DNA of 64,000 nt from a virus. The stretch lies in the IMG/VR virus record IMGVR_UViG_3300049489_000321, positions 1-64,000 of that record, one strand, 5' to 3'. Shown here piece by piece: positions 58,366-64,000 of the stretch. The translations under genes were made by a program, and so were the position numbers. Position 1 is the first letter of the stretch, and each line of letters opens with the position of its first letter. Under the pieces are notes generated by a model. It ran no database searches, was not told the origin of the DNA, and saw only the letters and a list, made by a program, of their open reading frames with translations.

Positions 58366-61171
58366 AAGCGAAGAGTCTGCGGCTCCTACCGGTCCTGGTA
58401 GCGGATCTTCTGCACCCGGAGGCGGCCAACAGCGCGCGGGACATAAGTACATAAAACGCACACCAAAGCCAGGTGGCGGATGGGACTATGAATACGCTCC
58501 TGAGCCTGGTCAACACCACGGAATACAAAACACGGCTAACGATGAACACACGCTGTCTATACCGTCTTCCATTAGCGAAGAAACACATAAGCAAGCTTCC
58601 GGTGGTGACAAAAACGCATTAAAACAAGTATATCAACAGTCGCGACAAGCGGCTTCTGATCTTCCTTCTACAAAAGGAACTCACAGAGGCAAACATCCTG
58701 TTACTGGTTCTCCTGTAGAATACGGCGTAATTGCTGACAAAGCCTCTTCAACTGGTCATAGAATTAAGGTATTTGACTTAGACGAAAAAGGCAACCGCAT
58801 AAAAGGTGAGGACGGTAAGCCTAAAAAAGCGTCCTACATAGCCACAGACTGGGACAAAATACATAAGTGGCATAAGATGGCTCCTTTAACTGAGGAGATT
58901 AAAGGACCGGACGGAACTACGCACTACATGATCATGCCTGTAAGCGATGAGTTTGATGAAGAAACCAATAAACCTAAGCCATCTAAAGACGGTCTCAACT
59001 GGCGTCTAAAAGTAATGGATCATGCTGCTGAGCGCGGTCTGTTGGATAAGCGTGGAGAGATTCGAGTTACAGACAAAGACAGTGCTAAAGCACGTCTTAA
59101 AGCTTTACAGAATGGGCATGTCGCGATGCAGCAAAATGCTGGTAAGCAGTCCGCAACAGAACACATCGGCTCTGGAAAGAGCGCCGCAGAAGTTCTAGAA
59201 GGCGGACACTTGCCTGTGAAGGTAGGCACTACTGGTCGTGCTAAGAACTTGTTTAAGGACGACAAGGAAAAGGACGCGTTCATTCATAAACTAGCTACGG
59301 AAAAAGGTGACATGATCCGTGATTTTGCTGAAAAATACGGACAACCTTTGGACGGTGACTTAGAAAACGTAACCGGTGATAAACATTCAAATCTTTATAA
59401 TGCACTAGATATCGTCGCCAGAAACTATCGTCCTGGTGATGGTAAAAATCTTGATGGTCATATTGTTAGTACTATTAACAACATGAATACACACGGACAC
59501 TTTACTAGAGACGCGTCTGGTAAAAGAGTACGTCACCAAGGCATACGTAGTCAAATGTCCATGCAAGGTGACGAAAAGACCGCACAAGCTGCTGATGCTG
59601 CTGCCGCAGGCGTTCTCAAAAAAGAAGAGGGCGGCGGTACTAATGCTGCTCAACAAACAGAAGATGATATGTTAGATAGCATTGACCAACGCAATGCTAT
59701 GATGAATAAGTACAAAGATACACAAACACATAAATTACGTACGTTCGCGTCCCAGTATGCAGACAACAAGGACGTACAAGATTTAATTAATGTACTAAAT
59801 CAAAAGCTTAAAGCAAGTTCTGATCCTTATGAATACCACAAAGATATTTCTAATGGTCTTAGTAATATGGGTCTTTCTTCCCGTATTTCTGACATATTGG
59901 TGCATCCAGACGAGCTAATGGATGAGATGGGTAAATCATTTTCTCACAATAATCCTGTACTATTAGATTTTCACAAGTCTTACGCCGTGTCTTACGCCGT
60001 GTCTAGTATTGTGATGGAAGAAGATTTGGTAAAGGCTACCACTGATCGGTACAGCCATAAAGATGGCTCGTTATATCCTCGTTATTACTACAAAGACGGT
60101 AGAGGAAATTACGTTCGTTACACAAACGCTCCTGACGGAACAGATGATGCTTCGAAATTCTTTGGTGAAGCACAAAGATACTCAGGAGAACCTGACTATG
60201 GTACTAATCCAGAATTCTTTACACCAGATGGTAGAAAGCTAAGTCGTGTTCCTGCTCAAAATGCTCCTGTTGAGTGGAATCGTAGTTACCACCCATCAGA
60301 CACCAAGAATCTTTGGGCTGGTAGATGGGTAAACCCTGTTACCGGTGCGCACGAATACACTTATGTAGAATCTGATTTATTTAATAATGACGTTTTGAAC
60401 GTCCATCGCAATAACGTGGTTGTTGACGCTAGACTTAATGTTTTGCGTAAATACGTAGTATCGTTAATGCAGTCACAGAACCTTAAGGATAAGATCACGG
60501 GTTTAATGCTCGCGTTACTAGACCAAGGTCGTTTTAGAATTCGTGAATTAATATCTTTACGCGTCGGTGATGTACGTAATGAGGGAGACATCTATACTAT
60601 AGGACGACGTAAATGTATGATAGACAACACCATTCAGAACATACTTACTGTCATTACGTCCGGTCGTCAACCACAAGACATGTTGTTCATGGTCCCCAGA
60701 GTTGGTAAAGACGGTGGAGTAGACTATTCAAAGATGCGTCGTCTTGGTCCGCACTACGTTGTTAATATTATTGAAGAAATGGGAATTCCACTACAAGCAC
60801 TAGCTACCTACCACGCTTCCCAAACATATAGCGTAGAGATTCAACGCATGTTTTCTCAACACAATACTTCGTATAATGCCGCACACACGTTCGCATTGCT
60901 TGAAGTTGCTAGTGAGATGGGGCATAATCTAGATAACGTTGAAGACTTCCAACAGGCGATCGAAGTGATCGGACAGACTGTCGTTGACCCAATAGTCGTG
61001 CGTACTATCAAGCAAAACGTTACAGACATGGGAATTGGTGGTCAAGATTACCTGAAAAGACCTGTTCATCAAGCTGTTTACCATGTTGTCTCAAATCTGG
61101 ACGGATTAACGCAAGACGAGCGATTGTTTAGTCAATGGATCCACAGCGCGCCTATCCATAATTATTTATAA
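58343..61171 (+). CDS. Large putative internal head polyprotein with C-terminal topoisomerase IB-like domain
   Basis: HKYIKR..GGWDYEY N-terminal motif; LLDQGRFR, TYHAS, EVASEMGH, VVDP C-terminal motifs. Confidence 0.65.
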   Translation: MQNNLIIKSEESAAPTGPGSGSSAPGGGQQRAGHKYIKRTPKPGGGWDYEYAPEPGQHHGIQNTANDEHTLSIPSSISEETHKQASGGDKNALKQVYQQSRQAASDLPSTKGTHRGKHPVTGSPVEYGVIADKASSTGHRIKVFDLDEKGNRIKGEDGKPKKASYIATDWDKIHKWHKMAPLTEEIKGPDGTTHYMIMPVSDEFDEETNKPKPSKDGLNWRLKVMDHAAERGLLDKRGEIRVTDKDSAKARLKALQNGHVAMQQNAGKQSATEHIGSGKSAAEVLEGGHLPVKVGTTGRAKNLFKDDKEKDAFIHKLATEKGDMIRDFAEKYGQPLDGDLENVTGDKHSNLYNALDIVARNYRPGDGKNLDGHIVSTINNMNTHGHFTRDASGKRVRHQGIRSQMSMQGDEKTAQAADAAAAGVLKKEEGGGTNAAQQTEDDMLDSIDQRNAMMNKYKDTQTHKLRTFASQYADNKDVQDLINVLNQKLKASSDPYEYHKDISNGLSNMGLSSRISDILVHPDELMDEMGKSFSHNNPVLLDFHKSYAVSYAVSSIVMEEDLVKATTDRYSHKDGSLYPRYYYKDGRGNYVRYTNAPDGTDDASKFFGEAQRYSGEPDYGTNPEFFTPDGRKLSRVPAQNAPVEWNRSYHPSDTKNLWAGRWVNPVTGAHEYTYVESDLFNNDVLNVHRNNVVVDARLNVLRKYVVSLMQSQNLKDKITGLMLALLDQGRFRIRELISLRVGDVRNEGDIYTIGRRKCMIDNTIQNILTVITSGRQPQDMLFMVPRVGKDGGVDYSKMRRLGPHYVVNIIEEMGIPLQALATYHASQTYSVEIQRMFSQHNTSYNAAHTFALLEVASEMGHNLDNVEDFQQAIEVIGQTVVDPIVVRTIKQNVTDMGIGGQDYLKRPVHQAVYHVVSNLDGLTQDERLFSQWIHSAPIHNYL

Positions 61172-61377
61172 TGTTTTTACCAAAAATTACGTGTATTTGC
61201 GGAGATATAGTGGTTAAGTCTACTATTGATGGCACATCAAAAATAAGATCTAAAATATTGTTGCTTAAAAACAACACTGCTTATGCGGTGTGCAAAGGAT
61301 GCGGAACAGAAGTTAAAGTACCTATAAAGGTGAGTAGCGACGCAGTTAGCCCACCTTTGTTTATTAAAAGTAAATAA
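61171..61377 (+). CDS. Small zinc-ribbon protein
   Basis: CICG...CKGCG. Confidence 0.7.
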   Translation: MFLPKITCICGDIVVKSTIDGTSKIRSKILLLKNNTAYAVCKGCGTEVKVPIKVSSDAVSPPLFIKSK

Positions 61378-61404
61378 AACGTAACATTTTTTTAGTTTTT
61401 GTTG

Positions 61405-61433
61405 TTGACTTCACAATTTACCCAAGGTATTAT
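61405..61433 (+). promoter_or_regulatory. Sigma70-type promoter of head operon
   Basis: TTGACT-N17-TATTAT, followed by structured leader 61443-61513. Confidence 0.6.
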
Positions 61434-61526
61434 ACATAAATACTGGTTTTTAAGCCAGAATGCGCTCCAACTAGAGGGAGGCTAAGTACCTTAACTGGTA
61501 GTTAGACCTCCCTATTTTATTTCTAA

Positions 61527-62264
61527 ATGAATCAAGATAAAGACATTTTTAATTTTTGGGTTCCAGCTGAGATGCTTAAAGCGTCTGCCGAATCTGACGG
61601 AACTCGTAGAATTAAAGGTATTGCTAGCACAGAAAGCAGAGACCTTCAAAACGAAGTAGTTGATTTAAAAGGAATTTCTTTAGATTATTTTAGATCACAC
61701 GGCGTATTCAACGATGATCACGGACAGAAAACCGCCGACATTGTAGGAGAACCTACTGAAGTAAAGATTACCAAAGACGGTTTATACGTAGAAGGCATTG
61801 TCTACAAAGGAAAAGAAAGTTCTGACCGTATTTGGGAGCACATGAACAGCCTTGAACAGTCTGGTGCTAAGCGTAAGCTTGGTTTTTCTATTGAAGGCAA
61901 GGTTGTTGAGCGTCAAGGAAACAAAATTAAGAAGTGCTGGTTAAAGAATATTGCAATTACACCGCATCCTGTAAACACAAGCACCTGGGCAGAGATTGCT
62001 AAGTCTTTCGAAGGCGCTAAATGGGTAGACGGTTCTGAAGAAGAGGACAAAGCTATGACAACCGCGTCAGCCGGCGCTCTCTTACCAGAGTCATTAGAAG
62101 GCAGTAAAAAGCCTCAAATATATAAAAGTTTTAGTGAAGTACCTGACGGTGTGGAACTGTCCTTTGAAGATTGCGTACGGACGCTGCAATTGGAGAAGGG
62201 GTGGTCTAAATCAACAGCTGAGGCTGTGATGGACTGTGTTTTCATACAAAAAGGGCTTAAGTAA
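61527..62264 (+). CDS. Prohead protease (HK97/S78-like)
   Basis: IKGIAST..RDLQNE, N.DH, LGFSIEG, IAIT..PVN. Confidence 0.93.
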   Translation: MNQDKDIFNFWVPAEMLKASAESDGTRRIKGIASTESRDLQNEVVDLKGISLDYFRSHGVFNDDHGQKTADIVGEPTEVKITKDGLYVEGIVYKGKESSDRIWEHMNSLEQSGAKRKLGFSIEGKVVERQGNKIKKCWLKNIAITPHPVNTSTWAEIAKSFEGAKWVDGSEEEDKAMTTASAGALLPESLEGSKKPQIYKSFSEVPDGVELSFEDCVRTLQLEKGWSKSTAEAVMDCVFIQKGLK

Positions 62265-62306
62265 GGGCCTGTACAAGAGGCGAGTTCAAATAATCAAGGA
62301 GGAATC

Positions 62307-63272
62307 ATGAGCAATAAAATTAGTAAAGATGCCGTGCAGAAGAGTATCGCCAAGCTACAGGATTTAGCTAAGAGCCAGCTGCACCACACTCCGTCTAACT
62401 CGGAGCCTGGCGTTTGGGCCGGTACTTCGGCTGAGGCGCAGGATGAACACGAAGATGATATCAAGAATGGAACCGATTACGCTGGCGTGCGTAAGTCACT
62501 TGCGAATAAAGTTCGTAAGTCACTAGCGCTAACCCCTGCGGAAGTCGCCATTGCGGAAGGTCGTAACCCACTTCCACTAATCGGAGCGAAGCTAGCGAAG
62601 TCCGAATCGCTAACTTCAGCCGAACAGTGGGCGATGAAGAGTGGTTTTGCCGGCATGAACAAGTCAGCCGGGCAGCCAACCGACGCCGTTAGCGCTCCTG
62701 GCGAAGACGACAGCGCGGAAGCTGTCCCAGAGAGTCACGCTGGTGAAAAGGAAGACGAAGTTATGGCGGATGCCAAAAAGTCACTTCGCTCTGCTATTGC
62801 TGCTAGCGACGAACTATCGAAGGGTCTGGAGCTTTCTCCATTCCTAGCCGAACTAGCCGGTGCGCTAACTGCGGCTCTAGATGGCGTTGAAGCGCGCATC
62901 ACCAAGTCATTCCAGGCGCAGCTAGAAGGCGTTAAAGCCGACCTAGCCAAAGGCCAGAACGATCAGACCGAATTCAACAAGTCACTAGCTGACGCTGTTG
63001 TCGGTATTGGTAAACTAACTCAGGCTCAACAGGAAGTTGTTGCGGCGGCTGCTTCGGCTCCTGCTCGCGGTCCAAAGAGCACTATCGTTGCTAAGTCGTT
63101 CGCTGGTCAACAGCCGTCCGACATGACGAAATCACAAATCGTTGAAGTAATGGGTGACCTTGTTAAATCAAACAAGATCCCTGCTATGGAACTAATTAAA
63201 TACGAATCGACGGGTCATATGTCAGAGAGTGCTCGCCAGGCTGTCCAGGCGCACTTAGCTGGCACCCGCTAA
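62307..63272 (+). CDS. Putative capsid scaffolding protein
   Basis: Between protease and MCP; Ala-rich helical; many xKS motifs. Confidence 0.75.
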   Translation: MSNKISKDAVQKSIAKLQDLAKSQLHHTPSNSEPGVWAGTSAEAQDEHEDDIKNGTDYAGVRKSLANKVRKSLALTPAEVAIAEGRNPLPLIGAKLAKSESLTSAEQWAMKSGFAGMNKSAGQPTDAVSAPGEDDSAEAVPESHAGEKEDEVMADAKKSLRSAIAASDELSKGLELSPFLAELAGALTAALDGVEARITKSFQAQLEGVKADLAKGQNDQTEFNKSLADAVVGIGKLTQAQQEVVAAAASAPARGPKSTIVAKSFAGQQPSDMTKSQIVEVMGDLVKSNKIPAMELIKYESTGHMSESARQAVQAHLAGTR

Positions 63273-63291
63273 ACCGGAAAAGGAGAAATAT

Positions 63292-64000
63292 ATGAACGGA
63301 GTAAGTCTAGCTCATTACAACAGCCAGCCGGTTAGCGGCTTTGGTACTGCCCCTGCTGCTGATGTACAAGAATTGTCAAAGGCCCTAGAGGCCGGCTACC
63401 AAGTGTCGTCACAGACAGGTGGTGGCGCTCTACGCGTCGAATCTCTAGAGGGTTCTCTAAAGGTTGTCTCGTACACTTCTCACCACATCAAGATGTGGAA
63501 GAAGATCCACAAGAGCCCAGCGTACAGCACGGTTGAAGAGTACAACCAGCTAACTGCGTACGGCTCAAACGCTAACGCCTTCCTACGTGAAGGCGAACTA
63601 GCGCCAACCCAGGACTCAACTTACGCGCGTAGAACCGCGTTCGTTAAGTACATCGGCGTTACCCGCGAGGTAAGTCACCCGATGACCGTTGTCCACCCTG
63701 CTCACGGCGATGTTATCGCTCTGGAAAACCAGAATGGTATTCTCTGGCTGCTACAGCAAGTCGAGAACTCACTATTCCACGGTGATTCAAGCCTAGCGTT
63801 TAGCGGTGAATCAGAGCAGTGGGATGGTCTCGATGCTCTAATTGATCCAACCTCGTACCTCGACCTCGAAGGCGACCCAATGCAGGAAGCCGATATTGAA
63901 GAGGCTACTAACCTACTAGTTGAACAGTTTGCGTACCCCACCGACCTCTGGCTCGGTACCCGCAATGCTTCTGACCTAGTTAAGACTTTCTACCCACGTG
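63292..64000 (+). CDS. Major capsid protein (5' part, runs off window)
   Basis: AGGAG RBS; ELSKAL..G...QTGGGALRVESLE..LK...PAYSTVEEYNQL resembles Herelleviridae Cps N-terminus. Confidence 0.9.
   Translation, partial: MNGVSLAHYNSQPVSGFGTAPAADVQELSKALEAGYQVSSQTGGGALRVESLEGSLKVVSYTSHHIKMWKKIHKSPAYSTVEEYNQLTAYGSNANAFLREGELAPTQDSTYARRTAFVKYIGVTREVSHPMTVVHPAHGDVIALENQNGILWLLQQVENSLFHGDSSLAFSGESEQWDGLDALIDPTSYLDLEGDPMQEADIEEATNLLVEQFAYPTDLWLGTRNASDLVKTFYPR

Noticed and set aside
63702-63965. 87 aa minus-strand ORF
   Set aside because: Antisense to the major capsid gene

Overview
Fragment of a large tailed dsDNA phage with a Herelleviridae/SPO1-like head module. A Myxococcota/Deltaproteobacteria host is suggested only by indirect hints. 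Layout: (i) 1-15 kb, + strand, an early/host-takeover-like region of ~40 small genes, many preceded by a repeated motif RTAAYTYTGT-N6-NTCYTAG (putative phage promoter; 24 + copies here, 26 in the window), with IHF-like sites, a duplicated multi-hairpin element and two tRNAs. (ii) 15.2-16.0 kb, a non-coding array of 26 sigma54 (-24/-12, YTGGCACG-N4-TTGC) consensus sites in orientation blocks, plus ~22 further copies scattered through the early region. This is the standout observation and a candidate sigma54-holoenzyme decoy/sponge. (iii) 16-47 kb, accessory and metabolic genes (Thg1, TrmH, nucleotidyltransferase, Hsp20, phosphoesterases, proteases, M15 endolysin, IMPDH/GMPR, HNHs, two more tRNAs). 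Three orphan antitoxin-like fragments lie at 0.8, 20 and 41 kb. (iv) 47-64 kb, primase, a GNA-triloop hairpin cluster (candidate origin), then portal, putative internal head proteins rich in hydrophobic-x-K-[S/A/G] motifs (including an InPase-like and a degenerate topoisomerase IB-like domain), prohead protease, scaffold and the start of the major capsid gene. All family calls come from motif recognition by eye; no searches were run.
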